A program made the position numbers and the translations under genes. The notes beneath the pieces were generated by a model. That model saw nothing but the letters and a program-made list of their open reading frames with translations. It had not been told where the DNA came from and did not search any database. A DNA stretch of 64,000 nt from Perna viridis (lineage: Eukaryota). The stretch lies in assembly GCA_037379345.1 (NCBI GenBank), contig CM074513.1, positions 11,470,001-11,534,000 on the forward strand, written 5' to 3'. Positions 25,595-39,584 of the stretch are shown piece after piece (position 1 is the stretch's first letter; every line of letters starts with the position of its first letter).

Positions 25595-27046
25595 GGCTTA
25601 CTTTACGTAATTCCATCCCCCAGTTAGGAGAATCGGATCGCTTACAAGTCCTCTCCATCATTTTCTATCTCTCCTTCAGTGGTTGTGTCACTCCATGATT
25701 GGAAGCCAAGATCATGCCTCTTTCTACTGTTTTCTCTTTTGGGTCGTGTTCCGTTTCTCATTCCTTCAGGTGTCCATGAAATAGCTAGTTTTACATGCCT
25801 GGTGTTTTCCATTCTTAGCACATGGTCCAACCATTTCCAGCTTCCTCGTTTAATTTGAGAATTAATCGGTTCCAGTCCAGCTCTTCATTTTTTTCACTTT
25901 CTATGGCTAGTAGATCTTTAATATCCTCCTAATACTTTTATGAAAAAAAGATTCTAACAGTTGTTCATCGTTCTTGGTCATTTTTAAAGTTTTGCTACCG
26001 TAGAGAAGGATGGGTATAACGTTGGAGTTGAACAGACGAATTTGGTCTTTTTAAAATTTGACTATTGTTCCAAACAGGGGATAATTTGTTGTATGTTATT
26101 CTGGTGATGCCTAAGCATCTTCTGGTGTCTTCTTTGGTTCCATATAATGTTCATGTGTGAATAGTGGTTTATTCACATATTACTAACACGTAACTTTTAT
26201 GTGTGAATAATAGCTACTACATATTATTACCATATACTTTACATGTGTGAATAGTGGTATTATCACATATAATTATTATATAATTTTGATTTGTGAATTG
26301 TGGTTTCCTCATATATGATAATCTTATACTTTCAATTCGTAGATATGATTATCACACAATATTTATGCTAATTATGGCTCCAAGATATGTAAATGATTTT
26401 ACATCTTCAATAACTGTTTGTTCTGTGCTATTGATGGATTGGTGTTGGCATTGAGCCTCATTACTTTTGTTTTAGCTGCAATAATCTTGAGGCTAGTGGA
26501 GTGGGCATGTTTGCTGACATCAATAAGATTTCTTTGTAGTTGTTCTTTTTGTGCTGAAAAATAACGCATGTCGTCGGCATAGTCTAGGTGCTCAAGTTTT
26601 GTGGAAAAATTCCATCGGATGCCTGAGTTGTTCTCTGCTGTTGATTTTTTCATCATCCAGTCAATTACTATAAGAAATAGGAAGCCAGACATGTTGCATC
26701 CCTGTTCACTCCAGATTTGATTTCAAACCAATTAGATGTTACCACTGCAATTCATTGTCTTCATATATACATTTGTTAGCTTTTCCGGTATACCGTAGTG
26801 TTTCATTATTTTCCAAAGCGTTTCTTGATGGACACTATCAAATGCTTTCTCGAAGTAAAGAAACATATAAAGAGGTTTGAATTCCATTCTACTGCTTGCT
26901 CAATGGTGTTTCTTAGGATAAATATATGTTCAGTTGTACGGCGTCCTTCTGTAAATCATGCTTGTAAATCCTGCTTGTTCTTTTCTTAGGTGTTTATCTA
27001 CTTCTTCTGCTATTCTTTTTATGGTGACTTGCCCAAAATATTTGAT
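25595..27046 (-). mobile_element. 5'-truncated RTE-clade non-LTR retrotransposon (RT pseudogene) with an 18-bp TSD
   Basis: LRKEQAGF, EHIFILRNTIEQAVEW, MSGFLFLIVIDW, LDYADD, SFTYLGA and the RTE-type C-terminus WLDHVLRM...WTPEG..RPK. Flanked by GTTGTTGGTTCTAGGTTT (25577-25594) and GTTCTTGGCTCTAGGTTT (27047-27064). Confidence 0.9.
26143..26364. repeat. Degenerate ~45-bp tandem array inserted in the RTE coding sequence
   Basis: Four to five units starting ATGTGTGAATAGTGGT, interrupting the RTE frame between YLGAIIS and GTKED. Confidence 0.75.
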
Positions 27047-28782
27047 GTTCTTGGCTCTAGGTTTATAACTGCCATATATGTACATGATATCATGTTTGTT
27101 TTGTTGTCTGGATGGTTTTAAAAAAAACTGTAGTCTCTTTGATTTTTAGGTCTGGTAAATAAATGAGTAAAAGCCGTTTTTTTTTTCAATCCACATTTTG
27201 GATTCAAAATGGAGACAATTTCGTCTATAATATTGACATGTGAAATTTAAAGATCTTACTTCTTTAACCTTCTGTTTTTCCATAATGTTTTGCAAGAACT
27301 CCGATTCATATGAATAATTAAACATATCGGCTACGAAAGAGACATAATTAGTGCCCACTTGAATGCCGAATATTTAGAATAAAAAGTGTCCCTCCATAAG
27401 TGACAATATGTTGTCAAGGAGAAACACTAACATACTGATTAAGTACTGTTCGGTAAAGTAGCTTTTGTCTTTTTTTCTGTGCCGTAAAAATATGTGTATG
27501 TAACCTACGTTATAGAAAAAAATAATCATTACCAAGTTGTTGTTCAATTTTAAATCTGTCATGCAGCTTTTTTGTTCTGGTCTTTACAACTTTTTCTTTC
27601 CTACAGGTTTCTGTGTTTTTAAATTTAAGCTCTTGATAGCAAATGTAGCACTTAAGATTTAAAATGGAGAAACGCAATTTTCTAATAAATTTACCGTTAT
27701 AATTGTAAACGAGAATAAAACAACAGCATGTGAAAAATATCAACACTCCATTGAAAATTTTTTCACTTCATTTTTATCTAATAAAGTATTGACTTCCTAC
27801 TCTACATTTTGGTTACGACGAATAACAAAATGTATGATGAAGATCATTAATCATCCCTCTCAAATGCTGTATTCCCATAGAAAATGGTAAGCGAAGATTT
27901 ACGATAAAACATATGTAAAATCCTTTCCTGTTCATCTGTCTTGTAGCCAATGTTTGTTTAATGCAAAATTCCAATTATTCATGCTTAATAAGAAAAATAA
28001 GACAGCAATCTTGACATTCAATGATTGTAAGTTTCGTGTAAAATATCAATCATTTGCACTTAATTCAGTAGACGAACATGACTTTAAACGCTGCACGATA
28101 TTCATCTTTTTTGTTTTTATTGAATCTCTAAAATCAGGTTTAATTGAATGGGATTGTGTAACCTTTCTCCTGTAACAACAAAAAATCCTTGATAGATGAA
28201 ATTAATTTTTTGGATTGCTGTTTATCACTTAAAAATGACATTTTTTTGTTAAAAAAAAGAAAATTCGATAAAAAAAAAAAAACAAGAATATCAAATATGA
28301 TTTTATTGTAGACTATCAACATTGCTTTCAACAATAAATTACCAAGTATTCAAAAGTTTACATCTTAACAAAAAGATAAGATCTTACAAAAACATATTGG
28401 CATGAATAATAGAAAACTATAAATACCGAATACAGAGAAACACGTCTACACCTCATTACTAGAAAAACATATAATTGTCTACAGAAAACATTTTTGATTT
28501 GTGAAAAGTAAACATTTTTCCAACCTTCATAGGTGACGGTTTGTAAACATTGTAGTAATCTGATTGGCAAGCGTAAAAAGCTACAATGCGATAAACTTCG
28601 TTTATCGACAGAAATTTATAATGGCCGATAATGGGTTTATTGGACAAACTCATTACGCTCTATAATGATAGTCATAGTCATTATTGTCTTTTAAATAGCA
28701 ATGGCCGATTTAAGTTTTGCAAACAGTTTAAGAGCATGAAGTACCTGTGATTCAAATAACCATTTTTCCCTCAAGATAGTTT

Positions 28783-28846
28783 AAGAGTAATCAAGGGAAC
28801 CAAGATTATAGCGGTAATCACAAGAATGCAATCCAGGGACAAAGAC
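28783..28846 (-). mobile_element. Naiad-type terminal 64-nt copy J
   Basis: AAGAGTAATCAAGGGAACCAAGATTATAGCGGTAATC... is the reverse complement of the shared terminus. Confidence 0.85.
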
Positions 28847-31800
28847 AAGGCAATTAACCAATTAAACACGTGGATTGGGTTAAGCTAGCATAATTTATCC
28901 GATGAAATAACGGTACTGTAATATGAGTTTTCTGTGCAACAAACAAATATTCCGAACAATGCATGTTTGACGAATAAGTCAGTATAGATACGAAATAAAA
29001 AGTGTATGTAAAAATTTGTTCGACGTTGACCAAATAGCTGTGTGGTTCTTACGCATATGTCAAATGTTCAACTATTTTGAAATGTTCATGCCCCAAATGG
29101 GTATATACTTATTACAATATTTAATGAATAAAATGTTACACAAAGTTACGTTGCTACTGGCAAGATTTTGCGCCGTTTTGTTTTGTGACAAAAAAGTTGA
29201 AATGTATTAATAATCCTTTGAAGATAGTAAAAAAAATTTCAAAATACTCTTGACTTGCCATAATATCATGATGTTCAAGACTGGTGTATCAAAAAAAAAT
29301 ATTGTTTCCACAAACAATCCTTGATGCTTACGTACAAATACAATTTAAAAAGAAAAACGTATTTTTTTTTATTTTAAATAATTGAAATTCTGTTTTATTC
29401 CTTCAATTAATAATTTTATCCAATTATATAGATTCGCCTGGAATAACGATCTAAATAATTTAGATTTTAGTTATGCAACTGATTATTTTACCAAACAAAA
29501 AATAAAGGCAAGTTCGTAAAAAAAGACATCGAACAATTTCTGTATGCTTTTGAATTGTTTGTATAGTTGTCCATCCTACTTTCTTCATGAAATAAATGAA
29601 TGTAATGATTTATATGTTGTTCTTATTTTTCTAAAGAAAAGTAATTATAGGTACATCATTCGGTTTAATCTTCACCGTAAAAGCTAGATAAATCCTCATT
29701 GGTGCTTTTATAAAACGCTATGAAACGTTAGAATTTATTCTCGTCATAAAAAGGTCCATCTATGTAAAAACACAATAGAACAAAATGAAAACTTATAAAC
29801 AGTTTTTGACGCGGATTGATTATGTCTTTTGTTAAATAGCATTAATCGATTTGTCAAATAAATAACAACTGATGACAGCCTGTCTTTTAAAGTATTTATT
29901 CGAACGTTATTCAATTTACAATAATGGGGTTAAAATATATTTTACAATAAGTTCTGGTCAATAGGACATGATATCCTGCTTGCTTTTTAACAAATGTCTG
30001 ATTAGATTCGATGTATACGTTTTTTCAGTATACCTTAAAAAGTCGAAAATCTTCATTTTTTGCCATACAGAACTGCAACAGGTGTTTGCTATTTTCTACC
30101 TACGTTTAGCAGTTTAGCACATCTCACTCACATCATCACTATTTTCCAAATTAAGTGGGTATCCATGCGAAAACCAGACAGTGGGTTGCACATGACAATT
30201 ATTGTTTTCATAAAAACTATTTCATACCGCTGATGTATCCTTTCTCAAAAATTGAATATTGGCTATTGATTAACTGCAAAGTTAAATAGAAATAAATTAC
30301 ACATATAACTATTTCATTTTGTGCAAAAAATGATTGCTTTCTTAGGGAACTATGAATTCATTTTCTTAGCCATCCATTATCGACTTTTTTTAAATCTTTT
30401 TTTACTGTTGGACATACATATGATAAAAACATTACACTGGAACAAAGAATACCGTGAGATAAATTTTATAATGTGCCATTCATATCATAAGGACTTACTA
30501 CCTGGTTTCTAAATAGACAGTCACTTAAGTCAATCATTTCAATGACATTTTTAGAACATGGTTTACACATTGATTTGCATTGAATTTCCCCCAAACTACG
30601 TAACGCTAAGTCACATATGTCTTGATTACAATCAAATTTATTTCTAATGCAAACCATTCATTTGAAAACCCATAAAATATTAAACAACAAATACATTCGA
30701 TCTCAAAATAGAAGACGTTGAATAGAAGTAATGTTATAAATATATCTTAATTCCCACCTAAAAAGATTTTGATAAAGATAACATGATGAAATTGAGTCCA
30801 ACAGTTATTATGGCCCAAAGGAATTACTAAAAAGAACAGACTCGAGTGATTCCATAAACATTAAGCAATGTCAGTTTGGAAACTTCGTCTGATATGGTGT
30901 CTTATATCATGTTGATAACCATGATATACTAATCATACTTCCTATCTCAACCAGATTTTTTATATGGTCCTGTATTTGACACCTGTTATTAAATTACAAT
31001 AATTTGGATAATTGATAATCAACGTTAGAATAAAATGAAAGCCGTAAATCATTTTACTGAAAGGGTCTTAATTTTTTTGTACTTATCTGTCAGAAAATTG
31101 CATTTGAAGCATCATGGTTTTAACTCTTTTGTTTGTTTTTTAAAACCATCGTCTTATGACCAAAAAGTTTTAAAAATTACAATGTAGTTATTTTCTGTTA
31201 TTACGAAACTTACTTTTTATATCAAATTATAAATATTCCTATGGACGAAACACATGTTTCGATATTTACGATGAATTCAAATCGCCCATTCACTAAAGGA
31301 AATGAATATTAATATTTTAATAGTGAAAAGCGCGATGATTGTGAGCAACATCAACAACTCACAAGTTAAAAATAGCAGTCATGTTAGTCTTATACGCCAC
31401 TCTGCATCTTAAATAGTTGTACATTTGTTCTGCAATGTTTGGTTTCCTTCTATTCATTCTATTGCTATAAAGTGTGAATATATACAAAAGAATAATTTAA
31501 GCAACGGTATGTCCATATATGTTAATTTATACAAAAAGAAGAATTTAAACAATGATATGTCCATTCATGTGAATTTACAAAATAGAAGAATTTAAACAAT
31601 GATATGTCTGTGTATATTTCACTGTTTAATAACAGCATTAACCTACGAAATAAACACAAAACCTTAACATTTAGTACTCTGTAAAAGTACTTTATATATG
31701 TTACAAATGTTAATGACCTTGTATCAAGATACATTTTCTTAACAGCAGACCCATGCTGTTAACAGATAGTTTTAGTTATATATATTATTCTCTGATTGCA

Positions 31801-34391
31801 TATTAATCGTTTCGTATAATTTCGGAATCATTTAAAAATCAATTGTTAGTAGATAAAATGCGGGAACTTAAATATCGCCGTCTTATCCCGATATATTTGT
31901 TAATCATAGAAAATTTTAAAATAATATAATTGAAAATTCTGTCGTAATCAACCAAGCTGTGGTAAAATAAAGCTATAAACGACGTCAGGTGTTATCTTGA
32001 TGAAAATTTTAATACCTTCTGTTTCTACCGTATTAATACGTCAAACTGATGAAGACTGTATGAAAATACAAGAAAAATCAATCGAAAACAAAAAAATGTC
32101 TATTCATTTTTCATTATACCTTTCGAATTTCTGTCAATTGCTTCAAAAATTAATTTTACCTTTTACTGGGAAATGTGTTTTAATTAACAGCGTTATCGCA
32201 GTAAGCTCTGGAACGGTGACTGACGACGCTGTACATGCTTGGACATATTACTCATGATTTGCTGTCCATGAAAAGCTTCATTTTGAATGGAATATGTCTC
32301 AATTAACAATTGAATTTGCATACTACAAGGATATAAACATTGATTGTGAGACGTGGAATACGAATGCATCTTAATTTACAATTGTATTTAAATAAAAAAA
32401 GGAACAGAAGCTGTGAATGGTTCTACAGTGAGTGACATGTGTGTTACCTAACCTCAATCTGTAATATGATGAATTTAAAAAAGATATTCTGTCGAATTAT
32501 AAATATAATCAAATTCGTGAATATTTTGTTAAGTAAGATTTATTGTCAAATAAAATGGCTTTCAAATATTGAACAGATTACAAATTCACAAATGGTCATA
32601 TTCAAATATTATTTCATGTGCTGTTTCTTGCTATGGAATGGGCGATTATCATGTATGTAGATTTATAACAAAGCTATTTTTGGAAGTGCTGCTGTTGTCA
32701 TATTTCTTTCATTTACACGAGAGGAAAATTGTACTACAGACACAGCTCGGATAATTAACGTGTAAACGGTCCACATGAAATATATGTAAGATAGATCTTC
32801 TCAACGCATGTGAACATGTCACATTTTAATGTTACTTAACATCGACAGGCCTTAATTACCCTTTACTTTGTTTTCGTTTTTCCAATGAGGTCTTGTACAA
32901 ATATTTGCATAAAGGAATTTCTACATAATTACTTATCTCGTAAAGATATTGGTTTGAATTCAATAGATATTTGCTTATTATTTCATATAATGGTTTGTGT
33001 AATGTATGTTCTCTGATATAATGTCAAATGGACAAATATTTTGTTTATATTTCATTCTATGTTAGGTGCCTATTAGACGTAGAAGTACAGCCTGTAGTCT
33101 TTTTCTCCTCAAAGTTGTATTTACGACAGTCATAGAGACAATATCATTTAAGAAATATATGAATATACAATAGTTTTTAACATTGACGATCAAAGGGTTG
33201 TGTTTCTCAACTGCGTATGACAAAATTCAAGAACGAATTAAGCACAATTATGAATATTCTACAACAATGTCCATAATCTCTTGGTGTTGTAAATACATGT
33301 ATCAATTTGACGATTTCTACCTTTGTTACCACCTTGAGGATTGGTAAATATAAAATCAGATCGGAATAGTAAAATTTTCATATGAAAAGACTACGCGAAT
33401 TGAGTTTAGACTGTTTCCTAAACGGAAGGAAAATAAACATTTAGTGATTTTACCAAAATTTGCAATGTTTATAAGATTGATACGTTTTTATTAAAAGCCG
33501 AACTATAATCGTAAAATGTGAACAGTAAAATTGCAGGAAATATTGCAGTAATCATTTTATTTGAAATACAAATACTTTAATCCATTAAAAAATGTGTAGG
33601 TTTGTTTGAACATAATGATAGGTGGTAACCTTAAGTAAACTGTCATGTAATTAGGTGTTTTTTGTTACATCTATGTTTTGTCGATGTGCAATTTGGCCAA
33701 CTACAACATTTTTATGGCAAGTTAAAAAGTTTCGATCATTGATTTACTGTCACCATGTATTATGCCATTGATGGATATCGTATTATTGAAAGCAACATCC
33801 TCTATTTAACTCATTCAAGATACTCTTCATAACTATGATTAGGTTGCTCTCCCGAATATCTTTGAAGACCAGTGGTTGTTCCATTATGGCACATCGATTT
33901 TGTCCTCTAACTAGTGGTGCCAAATAATGATAAATCTGGTTAATATCACTTACAAATCAAAGTAAAGGAAATAGTTCACTATTTATCAATTGTGCCTATC
34001 TATTACAGCGAAAATCAAAGATTTTGATCGCATTAGGAAACAATGAAAAATTGTAATGTCAATTTTACATTTATTTTCAAAGACAAATCAATTCAAAGTT
34101 TGGAATTAAAAGTAAATAAATATAAAAGACCATTATTTGATCGGATTATTGATATTCAAAATATCTTTTATTTTTTTTTGCTTGGACCTCGTCAAATTTA
34201 AATGAATTATCAACAAATAGAGCACTACGGAATCATCAAAAAGTGAGCATTGATTCCGTATCATGTGTTTCATTCAAATAGCAATTTACCATATTATTAA
34301 TATAAAGCTTCCAATTAGTTGTGTCATGACAATGTTTTTTGAGAAATTAGTTATTGACAGCGTAAACGGCACGATAAGAACAGATTTCTCT

Positions 34392-34453
34392 GAGGCGGGG
34401 TTTGATTGGCAGCTCAAGTGATCGATTTCATGAAATCATTCTTCTTTTATAAT
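34392..34453 (+). promoter_or_regulatory. Candidate Pol II promoter (GC-box-like, reverse CCAAT, TATA-like)
   Basis: GAGGCGGGG (34392), GATTGG (34404) and TATAAT (34448) in a plausible order, followed by a purine-rich stretch and possible GT donors. Motif evidence only. Confidence 0.3.
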
Positions 34454-35811
34454 CTGTCGAAAGCCGAGAAGTTAATGGGTAAGAGAGGAATCAGAGAGAT
34501 TTGGAGGTACATGAGAAGTTTCCTTGTGCGATTTTGTAAGTTCATAAGTATTATTTTGCAAACTTCTACTTATTGTGCATTTTAAAATTGTTTCTAGATT
34601 GGGTTCTTTGGTACCTTTTTTTTCGTTTTTTTCGGATTAAATTTTAATGTTTGTTTGTTTGTTTTTTTTTTTTAAATTATTTCTATAGCTTAGTATTACA
34701 AAATAAGGAAAATTTATCTTTCAATATTTTTATTTCTAATCTTGTTCAATCTGACTGCAAAAAGATTTCACGTCTTCGAACTTGTCATAATGATTTCTCC
34801 CACGTACTCAACTTACCATTGTATACATGTCTGTATTAATAACCACGACATTGTAATAAAAAATCTTCAAAGGAAAATTTCAATTTAGAAGAACCATATG
34901 GTTGTTCAAAACATAAGCATAACGGGATTCTTTAAGTAGTCTAGTACAAACAAGTTTATACTCAATATCTCAGTTCGTCAAACATCAGATCTTTTGCGTT
35001 TGTTTTAACCATCCTCTATTTCGATGAAGACAGTTAATTCTTTTCGAGAGGTCGATTGAAAATTATCTTTCGCGATTTTATCGAAGGTCATTTTAGACAT
35101 GTTTTTTTTCATACATGTACAATTGATATGTATTAAGCATTGCAGAATAGTTTTAAAAGTTTATTATTCAATAACATCACATCAATAAAATTATGTCAAA
35201 AGAATTTCTATTATTTTATTGATTGCGGTTTTCATTATTTTTGTTTTGTTTTAATATTGAACACGCAATCTGCTCTAGTAATATATAAGAAACCAAGATT
35301 TGCGAGTCAATCTACATTTGTCAACACAAATAGCGTTAAAAGCTTTTTCTCAATACTTGTGTCCTAATGAAATACATTAGAGTTAATGTGACAAATTGTT
35401 TCTTGGTGTTACAAGCAATGACATAATGTAAATCAGGTCTATAACGGATTAATTAACTTACTGCTTCAAAATTGAACAATATTTTTATATTGATGTTTGA
35501 ATTCTCTATTGATTTGAAAAAAATAATATGATTTTGTCCATTTTTTTGTTCTTTATATACATGTATTTAAAGCATTCGTCATTGTCTATTAACATCTTTG
35601 TTATTTTCAGTTTTGATTCTTACATTATTTATCTGAGTTATTGTAAAACATCTAATATTTTATTATAACTGTTTAACTCTCACGTTGATTATTATTAGAA
35701 AATAGAGCAATGAGAAAACCAAATATTAAAACACTTCATAAACAAGAAAAATTTTTGTGAAATTTGTTGATTATCTGAGATTATTGAATGTACCAAGAGA
35801 ACTTGCAGTTT

Positions 35812-35965
35812 AGTTTTTAGTGGAATCCGAGTTGTTCATTTACTTTTGTTACCTTTTATGTATTATTTTAGTTATGTTCTTTGGTGTGTTTTCCTTGTCT
35901 GGTCTTCGTCACTGGATTACATTATTTTGAATTCCGCTAGAACCTTGGTTTCCTTTATTACTTTT
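35812..35965 (+). mobile_element. Naiad-type tail-only copy K
   Basis: AGTTTTTAGTGGAATCCGAGTTGTTCAT...CCTTGGTTTCCTTTATTACTTTT. Confidence 0.85.
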
Positions 35966-36236
35966 GAATAATTAGACTGTTTGTACTATAAACGAAATGT
36001 TGTGACAAAGATATTACCTCAGGCAAATTGAAGATTTCCTATATGTTACGATGGATAATGTTTGTCTATGCCATCTACATTTTGGCAATTGAAAATTAAG
36101 TTATTGATAAAAATATCTATATATTTTCAAGATGCTTTGCACTTTAAAGATAATTTAGTACTGCAAACTCCACAGGTATTCTTGCATGTTTTATTTACCT
36201 GGTTCAAATGCATACTGCTTTTAAGAAGCCATTACA

Positions 36237-36340
36237 TAAGCATATCCGATGGGTATTCTCTTAAAGATGAAGACGTTTTATCATACCGATAAGTGGTTTA
36301 ATGCCCCCAGCGTTTGTAGGGCGCAGGTTGCTCATTTTTG
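36237..36340 (+). mobile_element. Highly diverged relative of the structured Naiad-type tail
   Basis: AAGCATATCCGATGGGTATTCTC..GAAGACGTTTTATCATACCG..ATGCCCCCAGCGTTTGTAGGGCGCAGGTTGCTCAT is collinear with 16312-16412. Confidence 0.55.
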
Positions 36341-37899
36341 TGTACTTTTATAATTTGTTGGTTTCTGTTTTCATTCTTATGAAGAAGGTTTTTGTTGTTA
36401 ATTCATTTATATACATATTTATAACCAAATACTTTATATAGATAATGTACAAATCATGGTCAATTAAGTTTTTACTCTGTATGTAATGTAACTTTTACTT
36501 TTAAATTATGAAATCAGTATTTATGTGGTAAATGGTAGTTTCAGATATGATTTTCGGAAGTGTTCAACTAAGTAATGCAATGGAAGTTTCTATAATTTCC
36601 TTTAGAAAATGCTATTTGTGTTAGGACTGATTATCTGAAGTACTATTCACATCTCCTGGTGTCTGAAATACAGAAAATGGCCTTAACATCAAAATTGATG
36701 ATCAATCTATGGTAAGTATAAAAGTTCAGTCCTGACCTATTTGGTCTGTATTCCCACATTCCAGAATACTTCTGATAATAGGCTTGTGTTCATGAATCCT
36801 GTTTGTGCTGGTTTGTGTTTGTTTGTAGATACTGTATTTCTGTTCCTTTGCTAGGTTTGATCAGTTTTAGGTCCGGTCTACATTTTTGTATTTAAGTTTG
36901 AACTTTTGCAAAACTATCAGATTAAAGTTCACGTTGTCATAAAAACTGAGGTTTCCAGATGTATACTAGTAACTGAATGATGGTTTTCTGCTGATATGAT
37001 TGTTCATTTTAGTGGATATTTTTCGCGGCTAAAATGACACTAACGCTCTTTAATTAACCTGAGAGATCAATAATGATACCACTGAACAAATTAATAGCTG
37101 TCACGTTAGAACCCGTCGTTATCCGTTTAAAAACACTCATCATTGATAGTTATATCGATGATAAATAGCTATTTCAAGTAATTGTGGAAACTTAACCTTG
37201 CATGGACGCTTCGTGAGCAAATTGTCCTTTATGGAGATTTTTTTCTATATTTTAATTCAAGCAGCTATCATTATTGGTCTCATGGCGATAAGCAAAGCCA
37301 TATTTTATCGGATCTACTTCAGATCAACCAGTTAAAAACGAGATTACAAGACTTATATTACTCACCAATGGGTTATTTATTTATTCAATTATTTATATAT
37401 TCACTAAAGAAAAAAATGTTTCGATGATTTCGGTGTTTTTATCAAAAAAATTAAATGTAAATACTAAGAAGCGATAACACTATTACAAAGTCAATTAAAA
37501 ACTTATGTAACAGATGAACGTATTTTTTTCTTAAATGTTTAAACAACAGACTACAACTGTTTTGTGAATCACTCCATTTTACATTCCATTATATAATTAG
37601 GATCTATTATAGCACAGTCACTATCTTACTAACGCAATTTCTCTTTTTGCATTCTCTTTTTGCAAGCTGGTGAGTTCTATACAATTTATTCCTTATCTCA
37701 TTTAGGCTTACACCTATTTCATAACTATGGAAAAACTGTAATATTTGAATATTAAATTATTTTTAAAGAATTCAACCATTAAAAGATTAAGATAACTATA
37801 ATTATTTGATTTTTTTTTTCAAAAACTGACCACTGCTTCCCGATATCTTTGTATTTATTTGGGATTCTTGTATATGCCATGCCAAAGGAAGAAAATCGT

Positions 37900-38340
37900 T
37901 CTTTGCCCTTTCAGTAAGACGACCAAAGCCCAATGTTACCCGCTAACAAATACAAAGGTGTTCAGCTGATTAGAGTTAATGCTAAGAAATCTGTCCCAAT
38001 ATCTTCTGGGGAATCAATGTAACTATTGTGTTCCAGTGATATCTTTTGTGGCTCCAAGTCATAAAGACGAAGTATAATGAAGCGGTTTTCCATTGCATAG
38101 ATCTTCTTACATGGGTGGTATTGATTCTAGAAGGAATTACCTTTTATCAGTCTTGGGACAGGATGACTTTTGTAGAAAAATCGTGTATGTTTGAGTAATA
38201 TAGGGATTAGTTTGAGTATGATATATCAATCTCTTGGATGAAAAGCCCTTCAGCACTAGACACAAAGCAAACTGAAACGTATATTCATACAATTCCTCAT
38301 GCGTGTAATGTCGATGCGAACCTTAAGATCAATCATTTTT
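37900..38340 (-). pseudogene. Possible decayed Harbinger/ISL2EU-type DDE transposase fragment
   Basis: The minus strand reads TWSHKRYHWNTIVTLIPQKILGQIS, weakly like the TWSxYKxHNTxKxLIGITPxGxISF motif. Many stops. Confidence 0.25.
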
Positions 38341-39584
38341 TTTAAATTCTTTCTTTGTATTTCAGGCCAAAACTTTTCAGAAATAAATTAATTCATTGTT
38401 CTTCTGAATTATCCATTCAATTTCTAAAAGCGTTGCATGATTCGATTTCACGTGAAGAAAGCGGCTTTCTTTGCCTTCGAATTTTTATTCATGGTCTTAA
38501 TTTTATCATTCATGTGATATTGTCTTTCAAACAAAACATAAAATAAATAATTGTCCTAAACTAAACAGGCATGTTAGCATATGTTTCACTTTCAAATTCA
38601 ACTTTTGTAATAGTTTTTTTTCAGACTTATAACTTAATTTCATCATCTAACCTAGCTTGCACAATGCTAACATTCATATTATATAATTCATTCTCAGTCA
38701 ATTTACTATCAAACTCACGTAAATCATTATATCTAGATATTAAGTGTTTATGAAATATTTGATGAAAGTAATATTTTAATATTCATTAATAATGCATTTA
38801 TAACACAGTTTTACTGAGGATCAAAGGAAGCCACTTGTTCATAAAAGTTGACAATTGCAAGAGTTATGGTCTTGCAAATGTTTACTCAAATGCTTAAATA
38901 GTAAAACAACTGGAAAACAACTGGTGTAGTTTATTCGACATTGCGAGCTAATTTAAATTTACTAACCGAAAAACCTCGTAAAAATGTTTTATTAGCAATG
39001 ATATACTGCAGTATCAGTTCAAGATCTTGGCATTTATTGCTGTTTTAAATGTCTGTTTAACAGTAAATGCGTTACGTAACAATAAAACTTTATCTTCCAT
39101 CTTTCTTGTAAATCAAGAAATTCCTACGCATTATTGAAATCTATTCTGAAGTAAAAATATACATAAATAATAGGCAGATGTCTTTGCAATATTCATATTG
39201 TATAAAATATACATTGCAGTAAATATTTATTTAATGCATGTTTGCAATATTGAAAAAAGCCCTTTTTTCGGAAGTTACAAACGGTAGATTTGAAACAAAA
39301 GTAACTAATACAATGCAGCCATTTATTTTGACGATCCTTTTTTTCAATAAGTACTCAATAATAACATTTTTACAATAAACTTTTCTGGTATGATAACCGC
39401 TATTTGTAAACAATGTTTCTTAATCTATTAAAGTAAATGTTTGTTTCTACTGAAGTCACAGTTAGGTGCACCGAGATTGGCATGACTGAAGTTTGGATGT
39501 TAGAGCATGTTCTTAAAAGATATTTCGAATAGTCAATTGCTTACTTAAGATACTTTATCAATACATATTTCCCTCAACGAAACA

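Larger units (their letters stand above)
25410..27900 (-). mobile_element. Old Penelope-like RT remnant split by an RTE insertion
   Basis: 27065-27900 gives FTEQYLISMLVFLLDNI, MGTNYVSFVADMFNYSYESEFLQ and IKETT. Beyond the RTE, 25410-25576 continues with ATATTCATATCAACCATTAACCGT (cf. VFISQLIR codons GTGTTCATATCACAACTCATACGT). Confidence 0.65.

Noticed and set aside
31537-31608. Direct repeat AGAAGAATTTAAACAATGATATGTC x2
   Set aside because: A simple local tandem duplication with no further structure.
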